A stretch of DNA of 64,000 nucleotides from Eledone cirrhosa. Taxonomy: Eukaryota. The notes beneath the pieces are model-generated. The model was not told the origin of the DNA. It ran no database searches and saw only the letters and a list, made by a program, of their open reading frames with translations. Of this stretch, positions 28,131 through 40,490 are shown piece by piece. The translations under genes were made by a program, and so were the position numbers. The DNA lies in assembly GCA_964016885.1 (NCBI GenBank), contig OZ024757.1:7812001-7876000 (forward strand), read 5' to 3'. Positions within the stretch are counted from its first letter, which is position 1. Each line of letters opens with the position of its first letter.

Positions 28131-31100
28131 TAATAATAATAATAATGAAATTATTGTGTAAAGTGCTCAGCTGCACCACAACTCGTCAATATAGTACATA
28201 GAATAATACACAAATGTCAGGGAAGTACATGTGTGTATGTGTTAGCTGTAGTGTTGGCGGATCTCGGGAAGCATGGAGGCTTTAAAAGATGCAGTGTCTC
28301 GACAGCTCACAACTGATGCAGGTAGTTTGTTCCATGGAGGTTTTAAAGGATGCAGTGTCTCCACAGCTAACAACTGATGCAGGTAGTTTGTTCCATGGAG
28401 GTTTTAAAGGATGCAGTGTCTCCACAGCTAACAACTGATGCAGGTAGTTTGTTCCATGGAGGTTTTAAAGGATGCAGTGTCTCGACAGCTAACAACTGAT
28501 GCAGGTAGTTTGTTCCATGGAGGTTTTAAAGGATGCAGTGCCTCGACAGCTAACAACTGATGCAGGTAGTTTGTTCCATGGAGGTTTTAAAGGATGCAGT
28601 GTCACGACAGCTAACAACTGATGCAGGGAGTTTGTTCCATGGAGGTTTTAAAGGATGCAGTGTCACGACAGCTAGCAACTGATGCAGGGAGTTTGTTCCA
28701 TGGAGGTTTTAAAGGATGCAGTCACTCCACAGCTAACAACTGATGCAGGTAGTTTGTTCCATGGAGGTTTTAAAGGATGCAGTCTCTCCACAGCTAACAA
28801 CTGATGCAGGTAGTTTGTTCCATGGAGGTTTTAAAGGATGCAGTGTCACGACAGCTAACAACTGATGCAGGGAGTTTGTTCCATGGAGGTTTTAAAGGAT
28901 GCAGTGTCACGACAGCTAACAACTGATGCAGGGAGTTTGTTCCATGGAGGTTTTAAAGGATGCAGTCTCTCCACAGCTAACAACTGATGCAGGTAGTTTG
29001 TTCCATGGAGGTTTTAAAGGATGCAGTCTCTCCACAGCTAACAACTGATGCAGGTAGTTTGTTCCATGGAGGTTTTAAAGGATGCAGTGTCTCCACAACT
29101 AACAACTGATGCAGGTAGTTTGTTCCATGGAGGTTTTAAAGGATGCAGTGTCTCCACAGCTAACAACTGATGCAGGTAGTTTGTTCCATGGAGGTTTTAA
29201 AGGATGCAGTGTCTCCACAGCTAACAACTGATGCAGGTAGTTTGTTCCATGGAGGTTTTGAAGGATGCAGTGTCTCCACAGCTAACAACTGATGCAGGTA
29301 GTTTGTTCCATGGAGGTTTTAAAGGATGCAGTGTCTCGACAGCTAACAACTGATGCAGGTAGTTTGTTCCATGGAGGTTTTAAAGGATGCAGTGTCTCCA
29401 CAGCTAACAACTGATGCAGGTAGTTTGTTCCATGGAGGTTTTAAAGGATGCAGTGTCTCCACAGCTAACAACTGATGCAGGTAGTTTGTTCCATGGAGGT
29501 TTTAAAGGATGCAGTGTCTCTACAGCTAACAACTGATGCAGGTAGTTTGTTCCATGGAGGTTTTAAAGGATGCAGTGTCTCCACAGCTAACAACTGATGC
29601 AGGTAGTTTGTTCCATGGAGGTTTTAAAGGATGCAGTGTCTCCACAGCTAACAACTGATGCAGGTAGTTTGTTCCATGGAGGTTTTAAAGGATGCAGTGT
29701 CTCGACAGCTAACAACTGATGCAGGTAGTTTGTTCCATGGAGGTTTTAAAGGATGCAGTGTCTCGACAGCTAACAACTGATGCAGGTAGTTTGTTCCATG
29801 GAGGTTTTAAAGCATGCAGTGTCTCTACAGCTAACAACTGATGCAGGTAGTTTGTTCCATGCTTCAGCAACTCTGAGCGTGAAAAAATGTTTCCGAAAGT
29901 CATGGGAACTGTGCTATTTTCTTACTTTGTGGGCATGTCCACGTGTGTTAGACACATGGAAATCAAAAAGGTACTCAGGGTTGTTGTTGGCAATATGGTT
30001 AACAATTTTGTGGGTGTTTACCAAGTCAGTTGCCAGGCGTCGGAGCTTCAATGAATCCATGCCCACGGAAGCAAGGCGCTCAGAGTATGGTAGATGCCTG
30101 ATGGAGGGTATTCGCTTGGTTGCACGTCTCTCAACAGTTTCCAGGCGGTCAATGTCCTGAGCAAAATAGGGGTTCCAGACTGGTGATGCAAATTCTAAGT
30201 GTGGTTGCACCATAGCTGTATACAGCCTTAAATAGATATCTGGAGAGCAGCTGACAAAGGTCTTGCTGAGTGATGCTAAGACACCATCGGCCTTCTTGAC
30301 AATTTTAGAGACGTGCCTCGTCCAACGCAAATCGCTGCTGACCGTAATGCCCAGGTCACGTTCACAAGAAGACTTCTTGATATTAGTGCTGTGGAGGGAG
30401 TATGTGGACGCTGGGTTTTTACTCCCAAAATGCATGGTGGTGCACTTTTTTTCACAGCTAGCTTGAGTTGCCAGTCTGAGATCCATTGTTGCATTGTGTC
30501 CAGGTCAGACTGCAAACAAGATCTATAGTGTTCAGGATCTGTCCTTTTTATCTCAAGCTACAGCTTGATGTCGTCTGCATACTTTAGTACTGTGGCATTC
30601 CTTAAGTTGGCATCTATGTCATTAATATATGCCACAAACAAAAAGGGGCCAAGAACAGATCCCTGTGGTACACCAGATGACATCTCATATGGTGAGGAAT
30701 GCTGTCCTAGAACCGTGACTACCTCTCTTCGACCGAGAATGAAGGACTTCAACCAGTTAAAAAGATCATCCTTCACACCCATTGCAGAGAGTTTTGCCAT
30801 AAGCCTCTTGTGTGGCTCAGAATTGAAGGCCGTCGCAAAGTCAAGGTAAACAACATCCACCCATGAGCCTCCATCAGTGATCCGGGTGATGTCCTCAAGA
30901 AACTCTATAAGTTGATCACAGCAGCTGGAGTTGGGAATAAATCCAAATTGCGAGGGCCGGATAAGACTGTGAGTGCTCCAGAAGTTCCAAAGTGTTTCTC
31001 TGACACAGGATTTCATCAGTTTGGCGATGCAACTGGTAAGACTGGCTGGACGATAGTTCACAGGTGATGTGCGGTCACCCTTTTTGAACAGAGGAATGAC

Positions 31101-31495
31101 ACTGGCAGTTTTCCACTGTTCTGGAGTAGCACTGTTGTTCAGGCAGAATTGGAAGAAGCGTGATAACTGGTGTAGAAGGAAGTACCCACCACGTTTAAGA
31201 AGCAGGTACGTAACACCATCAAGACCAGAAGAGGCATGGTTGCGTTTATTTTTCAGGTGACGTCGCAGCATTGCAGGTGTAAATTCCATGGTTGTAATAG
31301 AGTCCAGTGTCATAGGTGGTGGAGATGGTACACTCTGGTCTTCAATAGTGAAAATGCCTGCATAGCATTCAGCAATGAGCTCTGCGCATTCCTTGGGGTC
31401 GTCAGTAACCTGGCTTGTGTGGGGATTGCGAAGAGGACCAACTGGAGAGTGAGGCCTCTACTTTGCGTGAACATACTTCCAGAACACCTTACTGT
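28131..31495 (-). mobile_element. 5'-truncated CR1-group LINE (copy B) with internal tandem array
   Basis: RT ORFs 30558-31313 and 29914-30486 are close to copy A; (TAA)n tail at 28131-28146 on +. Confidence 0.95.
28275..29860. repeat. 61-bp minisatellite, 26 copies, derived from the LINE ORF2 C-terminus
   Basis: Unit GGAGGTTTTAAAGGATGCAGTGTCTCCACAGCTAACAACTGATGCAGGTAGTTTGTTCCAT; starts at 28275, 28336, 28397 ... 29800; encodes WNKLPASVVSC.DTASFKTS on -. Confidence 0.97.
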
Positions 31496-34400
31496 ATGTA
31501 ATATTTAATACGGAAATAGCTTCCAAAGACGTAGAAACCAGTTATTCAAAGGAAATAGTAGAGTATACACAATATTTAATACAGAAATGGCTTCTAAAGC
31601 ACTAGAACTCTTTAATTTTAAGGAAATATTACAGTATATGCAATATATAATACAGAAATGGCTGTCAAAGGACTAGAACTAATATATTTGCACAAAATAG
31701 TAGTATATATGTAATGTCTTCTGAAGCACTAGAACTCTTTAATTTGAAGGATATTAATAGATTATATGCAATATTTAATACGTAAATAGATTCCACAGGG
31801 CGAGAACTCATTAATTCGAAGTAAATAATGCACATACACTACTATTTCCCTCAAATTTATGAGCTTTACTCCTTTAGAGGCAATTTCCTTATTACATGTG
31901 ACATATAATCTACTATTTCCTTCGAATTGAAAAGTTCTAGTAATTTAGAGGTCATTTCTGTATTAAATATTGCATAGACACTACTATTTCGTTCAAATTA
32001 ATGAGTTGTAGCACTGTAAAGCTATTTATGAATTAAATATTGCATATAATCTATTAATACTCTTCAAATTAAAAAGTTTTAGTCCTGTAGAAGCCATTTC
32101 TGTATTAAATATTGCTTTCATACTACTATTTACAACAAATAAAAAAGTTCTTGTCCTCAAGAAGCCATTTCCATATAAAATATGGCATATAATGTACTAT
32201 TTCCTTTGAATTAAAATTTCTAGTCCTTTTCTAGACTTTTCTGAATTAAGTATTGCACATATACAAATATATTCGTTCTAGTCTCTTGACAGCCATTTCT
32301 GTATTAAATATGGCATATATAATACTATTTCCTTTGAATTGAAGAGTTCTAGTCTTTTAGAAGCCATTTCCGTATTAAATATGGCATATATACTACTATT
32401 TCCTTTGAATTGTGGAGTTCTAGTCTTTTAGAAGCCATTTCTGTATTAAATATGGCATATAATCTACTAATATCCTTTGAATTAATGAGTTTTCGTCCTG
32501 TAGAAGCCATTTCTCTATTAAATATTGCATATAATGTACTATTTCCTTCAAATTAATGAGATTTAGCCCTTTAGAAACCATTTCTATATTAAATGTTGCA
32601 TATAAAATACTATTTCCTTGAAGAGTTCTATTCCTTTAGAAGCCATTTCTGTATTAAATATTGCACATACACTACTATTTCCCTCAAATTAATGAGCTTT
32701 AGTCCTTAAGAAGCCATTTCCGTATTGAGTATAGAATATAATCTACTAATACCCTTTAAATTAAAGCATTCTAGTCCTTTAGAAGACATTTCTGTATTAA
32801 ATATGGCGTATATACTATTATTTCCTCAAATTATATTAATTTTACTCTTTTAGAAGCCATTTCTTATTAAATATAGCATATACTCTACTATTTCTTTCGA
32901 ATTGAGGCATTGTAGTCATCTGAAGGCCATTTCTGCATTAAATGTAGCATATAATCTAATAATACCCTTCAAGTTAATGAGTTTCAGCCCTCTAAAAGCC
33001 ATTTCTGTATTAAATATTGCATATACACTACAATTTTGTTCAAATTAATGAGTTGTAGCACTGTAGAAGCTATTTATCTATTAAATATGGCATATAATCT
33101 ACTAATACTCTTCAAATTAATGACTTTTAGACTTGTAGAAGCCGTTTCTGTATTAAATATTGCATACATACTACTATTTACTACAAATTAAAGAGTTCTT
33201 ATTCTTAAGAAGCCATTTCCATATTAAATATGGCATATAATGTACTATTTCCTTTGAATTAAAAGTTCTAGTCATTTAGAAGCCATTTCTGCATTAAATA
33301 TTGTGTATACTCTACTTTTTCCTTCAAATTTATGGGTTCTAGCTCTGTTGAAGTTGTTTCCCTATTAAATATTGCATATACTGTACTATTTCCTTTGAAT
33401 CGAAGAGTTTTATTCTTTAGAAGCAATTTCTGTATTGAATATTGCACATATATTATTATTTCCCTTGAATTAATGAGATTTAGTCCTTTAGAAGCCATTT
33501 CCATATTAAATATGGCATATAATCTACTAATACCCTTCAAATTAAAAAGTTCTACTGCTTTAGAAGCCATTTCTTTATTAAATATGGCATATATACTAGC
33601 ATTTCCTACAATTATATTAGTTTTACTCCCTTAGAATTCATTCCTTTCTTAAATATTTCTGTATTAAATATGGCATATAATCTACAAATATCCTTCAAGT
33701 TAATGATTTCTAGTCCTTTACAAGCCATTTCTATATTAAATATTGCATATAATGTACTATTTCCTTAGAATTAATGAGCTTTTGCCCTTTAGAAGCCATT
33801 TCTATATTAAATGTTGCATATAATCTACTAATATCCTTCAAATCAATGAGTTTTAGTCCTGTAGAAGCCATTTCTTTATTACGTATGGCATATATACTAC
33901 TATTTCCTTCGAATTAATGAGCTTTACTCCTTTAGAGACCATTTATTTATTACATGTGGCATATAATCTACTATTTCCTATAAATTGAAAGTTTCTAGTC
34001 TTTTAGAGGCAATTTCTGTATTAAATATACCATATAATGTATTAATGCCCCTCATATTAATGAATTTCAGCCCTGTAGAAGTTATTTCTGTATTAAATAT
34101 TGCATATACACTACTATTTCTTTCGAATTAATGAGTTCTAGCCCTGAGGAATCTATTTACATATTAAATATTGCATAAAATCTATTAATATCCTTCAAAT
34201 TAAAGAGTTCTAGTGCTTCAGAAGCAATTTCTGTATTAAATATTACATATATACTACTATTTACTACAAATATATTAGTTCTAGTCCTTTGACAGTGATT
34301 TCTGCATTGAATATTGCATATACTGTACTATTTCCTTAAAATTAAAGAGTTATAGTGCTTTATAAGCCATTTCTGTATTAAATATGGCATATATATTACT

Positions 34401-35482
34401 AATAGCCTTTAAATTAAAGAGTTCTACTGCTTTAGAAGCCATTTATTTATTAAATATTGCATATACTCTACTATTTCCATCAAATTAAAGAGTCCTAGTA
34501 ATTTAGAGGCCATTTCTGTATTAAATATTGTGTATACTCTACTATTTCCTTCGAAATACTGGTTTCTAGCTCTGCAGAAGCTATTTCTGTATTAAATATT
34601 ACATATATACTTCTATTTCCTCCAAATATATTAGTTGTCATCCTGTAGAAGACGTTTCTGTATTAAATATACGATATATACTACTATTTGATTTGAATTA
34701 AAGCGTTCTAGTCCTTTAGAAGCCATTTCTGTATTAAATATTGTATATACACTACTATTTCCATCGAATTAATGAGATCCCTCCATTTAGAAGCCATCTC
34801 TGTATTAAATATGGCACATATACTACTAATAACCCTCATATTAATTAGTTTTAGTCCTGTAGAAGCTATTTCTGTATTAAATATTGCATATACACTACTA
34901 TTTCCATCGAATTAAAAAGCCATTTCTGTATTAAATATGTTATATAATCTACTAATACCGTCATATTAATGTGTTTTAGTCCTTTAGAAGGCATTTCTGT
35001 AGTAAATATTGCATATATACTACTATTTTATTCAATTTAAAGAGTACTAGTCCTTTAGAACCCATTTCTGTATTAAATATGGCATATACACTACTAATAC
35101 CCCTTATATAAATGAGTTTTAGCTTTGTAGAAGACAGTTCTGTATTAAATATTGGATATACAGTATATTTCCATCGAATTAAAGAGATCTCTACATTTAG
35201 AAGCAATTTGCGTATTAAATATGGCATATGTACTACTAATACCCCTCATATTAATAACTTTTAGTCTTGTAGAAGGCATCTCTGTATTAAATATTGGATA
35301 TACATTACTATTTCCATCGAATAAATTAGTTCTCTGCATTTAGAAGCCATTTATGTATTAAATATGGCATATAAACTACTAATACCCCTCATATTAATGA
35401 ATTTAGTCTTGTTGAAGCAATTTCTCTATTAAATATTGCATATATACTACTATTTGATTCTAATTAAAGAGTTCTAGTCCTT
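31496..35482. repeat. AT-rich 71-72 bp satellite block 1, orientation switch at ~31825
   Basis: Unit ~AGAAGCCATTTCTGTATTAAATATGGCATATAATCTACTAATACCCTTCAAATTAAAGAGTTCTAGTCCTTT; spacing 71/72 at 32360, 32431, 32503, 32574. Confidence 0.95.
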
Positions 35483-35490
35483 ATATACAG

Positions 35491-36322
35491 CTACCTAGGG
35501 TACAGACCTCAGAGAGACACAGAGCCACCTAGGGTACAGACCTCAGAGAGACACCCTGTCACCTAGGGTACAGATCTTAGAGAGACACAGAGCTACCTAG
35601 GGTACAGACCTCAGAGAGACACAGATCCACCTAGGGTACAGACCTCAGGGAGACATAGGGCCACCTAGGGTACAGACCTTAGAGAGACACAGAGCCACCT
35701 AGGGTACAGACCTCAGAGAGACACAGAGCCACCTAGGGTACAGACCTCAGAGAGACACCCTGTCACCTAGGGTACAGATCTTAGAGAGACACAGAGCCAC
35801 CTAGGGTACAGACCTCAGAGAGACACAGAGCCACCTAGGGTACAGACCTCAGGGAGACATAGGGCCACCTAGGGTACAGACCTTAGAGAGACACGGAGCC
35901 ACCTAGGGTACAGACCTCAGACAGACACAGATCCACCTAGGGTACAGACCTCAGAGAGACACAGAGCCACCTAGGGTACAGACCTCAGAGAGACACCCTG
36001 TCACCTAGGGTACAGACCTTAGAGAGACACAGAGCCACCTAGGGTACAGACCTCAGAGAGACACCCTGTCACCTAGGGTACAGACCTCAGAGAGACACAG
36101 AGTCACCTAGGGTACAGACCTCAGAGAGACACCCTGTCACCTAGGGTACAGATGTTAGAGAGACACAGAGCTACCTAGGGTACAGACTTCAGAGAGACAC
36201 AGAGCCACCTAGGGTACAGACCTCAGAGAGACACAGAGCCACCTAGGGTACAGACCTCAGAGAGACACAGAGTCACCTAGGGTACAGACCTCAGGGAGAC
36301 ATAGGGCCACCCAGGGTACAGC
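35491..36322. repeat. 34-bp minisatellite, ~24.5 copies
   Basis: Unit ACCTAGGGTACAGACCTCAGAGAGACACAGAGCC; starts at 35493, 35527 ... 36309. Confidence 0.97.
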
Positions 36323-36504
36323 GAGACGGACAACCAGCTAGAGTATAGACATCAGATTGGTACATTACTGAACTTTAAAGTATCACAGTTTTATACAGGG
36401 CTGGTGCTACCATGAAGGTCAACTAGGGTACATTACAGGACCTTAAGGACATACTTAGTTCCCCTGCAACAATATAATATACACATTACCTAGTCTGGTA
36501 TTAT

Positions 36505-37292
36505 GAAGGCCCTGAACAAGTATATTAAAGCTACACTTAATACATAGTGGTGTTAAGAAGGCTCAGAACAAGGATAATGTTGAAAGTTACTCTTAATACA
36601 CAGTAATGTTAGGAAGGCCCAGAACAAGGATATCAAAATCTACACTTAGAACACAGTGGTATTAGAAAGGCCCTGAACAAGGATATAAAATGCTACACTT
36701 AGTACACAGTAATGGTAGGAAGGCCCTGAACAAGGATATCAACATCTATATTTACAACACAGTGGTGTTAGGAAGGCCAAGAACAAGGATGTTAAAATCT
36801 ACACTCAGTACACAGTAACGTTAGAAAGGCCCAGAATAAGTATATAAAATGCTACACTTAGTACACAGTAATGTTAGAAAGGCCCTGAACAAGGATATCC
36901 AAATCTACACTTAGTACACAGTAATGTCAGGAAGACCCTGAACAAGGATATCCAAATCTACACTTAGTACACAGTAATGTTAGGAAGGCCCTTAACAAGG
37001 ATATCCAAATCTACACTTAGTACACAGTAATGTTAGGAAGGCCCTGAACAAGGATATCCAAATCTACACTTAGTACACAGTAATGTCAGGAAGGCCCTGA
37101 ACAAGGATATCCAAATCTACACTCAGTAGACAGTAATGTTAGGAAGGCCCTGAACAAGGATATAATATGCTACACTCAGTACACAGTAATGTCAGGAAGG
37201 CCCTGAACAAGGACATAATATGCTACACTTAGTACACAGTAATGTCAGGAAGGCCCTGAACAAGGATATAATATGCTACACTTAGTACACAG
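36505..37292. repeat. 53-bp minisatellite, ~15 copies
   Basis: Unit GAAGGCCCTGAACAAGGATATCCAAATCTACACTTAGTACACAGTAATGTTAG; 36931 to 36984 is 53 bp; more diverged at the left end. Confidence 0.95.
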
Positions 37293-37404
37293 TGTTGTAG
37301 CAGGCAGGTATGACTCCATAACTCATTATAAAACCTGGCAGAGTACATCTCCTCTCCAGGTCTGAATAAAACAGACAGAGAGTGAGAAAGAGATATAGAG
37401 GAAG

Positions 37405-37530
37405 AATTAACCCCTAGTATTTGACTGGTACTTTATTATCAACCCCGAATGGAAGAAAAGTAAAGTTGAACTCAGATTAAAGAACTGGAAAAAATACTAC
37501 AAAGAATTCTATGTGATGTTCTAACAACTT
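37405..37530 (-). mobile_element. Diverged MetaSINE-like SINE fragment
   Basis: actggtactttattatcaaccccgaatggaagaaaagtaaagttgaactc is the reverse complement of the SINE core at 43348-43400. Confidence 0.6.
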
Positions 37531-37837
37531 TACCAGATTACCTTATGTATATATATTTGTCTCTAGAGATAAGAAACACTGAAGAAGTTTAGTATGAACC
37601 CCCTTAGAGTATCTCCTGAGCAGGATTGGACCCCAGACCAGAACCTCCACCATCTCTCGTATCTCCCACCAGACCACCCTGAAGGATATAAGAATCTACT
37701 GAAATTTAATACTTATAAACCTACTTTCAAAATAGAAATAAAAATGATGTGGTGTTGGTCATGCCTTTCTTAATGTATTTGGTTTAAAAGGTAGTTGAAC
37801 CTAAAATTTCAATGTTCAAATAATTATTGAATAGATA

Positions 37838-38545
37838 CACGTCGTTCTCAACGACATATTGAGAAGAAGCCTGGACGCAGCTGGCTTCCCATCACAACTG
37901 GGGCCAACAGGTCCCGGAGATGGCAAGCGCCCCGACGGAATCACTCTCTTCCCATTCGAAGGACGTAGGTCCCTCATCTGGGACACCACCAGGTACGACA
38001 CAATCTCCGCCTACAGCTTCGTTTCCAAGTCGTTTCGGTCACAAACCCCGGCATCGCAGCCCACTTTCCAGAAGAACGTAAAATAAACAAATACCGAGGA
38101 TTGTCCGGCCACTTCCACTCTGCACCAGTCAACGTCGAGACCCCAGGAGTACTTGGACCCCGTACTGCCGAGCTCCTCCACAAGATCGGAGCATCAGCGG
38201 CCCATCTGAGGAGGGAACACCGCGAGGTTGGGTGGTTGTTGCATTGGGTATCTCTGGCAATCGTCCGAGAGAATACTTTTGCCGTCTTATCCGTGGGGCG
38301 CAGCACTTCTGCCCTCTTGCCCTAGACCCAAAGCTCAACCACCCTCCCCTATCTTCTACGACACTGGACCTCTTGCCATCCCCTCTCCTTCCCGTTCTGT
38401 TTCTTCTTTCTTTCTCTCTTCTATTTAATCAACTTTCCCCTCCCCCAAATTACTGGCCTTCCACCTTTACTAGAAACCATCATTATTATTGTTATTCTTA
38501 CTGTAAATAATATCATGTTTATACAGTTTTGATAATAAATAAATT
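37838..38545 (+). mobile_element. 5'-truncated CRE-like non-LTR retrotransposon (restriction-like endonuclease domain + 3' UTR)
   Basis: HVVLNDILRRSL..AGFPS..DGKRPDG.TLFPF..LIWDTT..DT; KYRGL..PVNVETPG..G; WVSLAIVRENT; pyrimidine-rich UTR and AATAAA near 38534. Confidence 0.8.
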
Positions 38546-38740
38546 GTTCATTACAAACTTGTTTATATAATTATTAATTCTCAAAACACACACATTCATA
38601 CGTATATATATATATGAAAATATTCAGGACCCCGACGGCTGAGCTGTGGCTGTTTCAACAACTATTTTGGGATTCAACAAGCTTAATTTTTTTTATAACT
38701 GATATAAAGCACTCAACAGTTTAGTGGAGTAAATACAAAA

Positions 38741-39638
38741 TCTATATATATAAAACTGTGGTTGTCTGTCTGTCTATCGATTTTTGGCACACATCTCCTC
38801 TTAGAATCTCTCACGGAATTGCACCGAAATTGCTATACTTGTACATTGAGCCCTAGCGAAGACATCGGAAAAAAAAAATTTCAAATTGACCCACCCTATG
38901 TGACGAAATCGAATATAATGTATCGATTTTTGAGCGTAAGTTATCAGTTATTTCCCTTTGTTCTGTTTACATTGAGCGTCTTACGTAAAAAATTACGCTG
39001 GCTTTAACAGTTGTCGATCCAGCAAAATATTGACCTGCAAAATTCATCAGTTCGAACACTAAGCTTCCGTTTTGCTTCATTTCCATTTAAAAGCATTTTA
39101 AAACAATATTTTTACTTGAAAACAAGTCTATTTAAAGACTACGTAAAACAAGCAAATATTTCGTCGTTAGGCGTGCAGACAGACAGTCGTGCAGAGAGGT
39201 GATATAGGCGTGCAGACAGACAGTCGTGCAGAGAGGTGATATAGGCGTGAAGACAGACAGTCGTGCAGAGAGGTGATATAGGCGTGCAGACAGACAGTCG
39301 TGCAGAGAGGTAATATAGGCGTGCAGACAGACATAACTGATAATTTGGTTACGCTAATGTTTTTCTCTGCGTTGCAGTGTTTACATTTTCGATCTTTGTT
39401 AATAAATAACCAGTGCAGTTTCTATCCCCAGCATCCTCTTTTGTTATAACATTCGGGTTATCGTTATGTTTTCTTAACTTCATAAGGCATATTGTTGGTT
39501 GAGGGAATATTAATCAAAAACACCACATGCAAGTCTGCACAGTAGACACTACAGTTTTTAAGCCAAGAAAGAAACTTAACATTGTAACTTTAACACAGCT
39601 ACTGAGCGACCCCGAGCAACGCCGGGCTTTACTGCTAG
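38741..39638 (+). mobile_element. Non-autonomous Helitron
   Basis: A|TC start, CTAG|T end, subterminal hairpin CCCGAGCAACGCCGGG, (CTGT)n near the 5' end, no TSD; empty-site-like paralog at 54161-54195. Confidence 0.88.
39168..39332. repeat. 37-bp tandem repeat (~4.5 copies) inside the Helitron
   Basis: TAGGCGTGCAGACAGACAGTCGTGCAGAGAGGTGATA at 39168, 39205, 39242, 39279, 39316. Confidence 0.95.
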
Positions 39639-39694
39639 TATATTAATAAATGGAAACTATATTTATAAAACCATATTTATTTTATTATACATAT

Positions 39695-40040
39695 GGAGGC
39701 ACATGGCTTAGTGGTTAGAGCATTGGCCTTGCAATCAAAAGGTTGTGAGTTCAATTATCAGACCGGGTGATGTGTTGTGCCCTTGAGCAAGACACTTTAT
39801 TTCACATTGCTCCAGTTTACTCAGCTGTAGAAATGAGATGATAGGGACTGGCGTCCACATCATTCCACTGCAAAGTGGTCGTGGAGGTGCCACTGCAAAA
39901 AAAGCACCCAGCTCACACAGTAAATGAGGTTGGTGTTAGGAAGGGCATCCAGCTGTAGAAATCAAGCCAGAATCAGTTCCCGTCCCACCCTTGCCAGCAG
40001 GGAAAAAGCAGACGTAAAATGAAATGATGATGATGATGAT
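39695..40040 (+). mobile_element. tRNA-derived SINE with CORE-like middle and RTE-derived 3' tail
   Basis: A box TGGCTTAGTGG, B box GAGTTCAATT, TGTGCCCTTGAGCAAGACACTT core, 3' part matching the RTE 3' UTR, (TGA)n tail. Confidence 0.9.
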
Positions 40041-40490
40041 ATGTATTTATCTTTTAATCTTAGGTTCAGCGCAGAAAGCAGTTTCCAACGATCACGATCA
40101 GCTTATGATGCCCAGTGGAAGCAGTTTAGTTTAATTATAACCTCAATGATCAAGATTAGTGGCGGCTTTTTCGAGTCTGTGGCAAGTGAGGTTGGCTGCC
40201 ATATATATATATGTATATATATATATACACAAACGTATATATATATATATATATATATATATAGGTAAGTTATTCCGGGTTGAATCGGAGGTAACCACAG
40301 TAAGTAAGGTACTCAATACATAGCAGAGTATAAAAGTTTTAGTATAGATGAGATTCTACAGGACTAGAACTGTTTCATTCTTGAGAAATTCCTTATGATT
40401 TCTAAAGAATGAAACAGTTCTAGTCCTGTAGAATCTCATCTATACTATATATATAATATAAGATCAAAAGATGTTTAAAAGAGTTCCATG

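Noticed and set aside
28275-29860. CRISPR-like regular array
   Set aside because: No unique spacers; the unit is LINE coding sequence; eukaryotic context with no cas genes. The same lack of spacers applies to the 34-, 53- and 37-bp arrays.
33268-35343. Short ORFs in the 71-72 bp satellite (MASKGL.. peptides)
   Set aside because: Repeat translations with frequent stops and frame changes.
35493-36322. Telomeric repeat (CTAGGG)
   Set aside because: One variant hexamer per 34-bp unit; no (TTAGGG)n tract.
28110-36359. Host exon (WNGCDIYSYLGYSETDNQLEYRHQI) rebuilt by removing the composite insertion and the 34-bp array
   Set aside because: AG/GT ends exist, but 25 open codons is not significant, I do not recognise the peptide, and its 3' half is a degenerate minisatellite unit.
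39695-39770. tRNA gene (also 44910-44984, 49921-49990, 57315-57387)
   Set aside because: A/B boxes without a proper acceptor stem, continuing into SINE body and tail.
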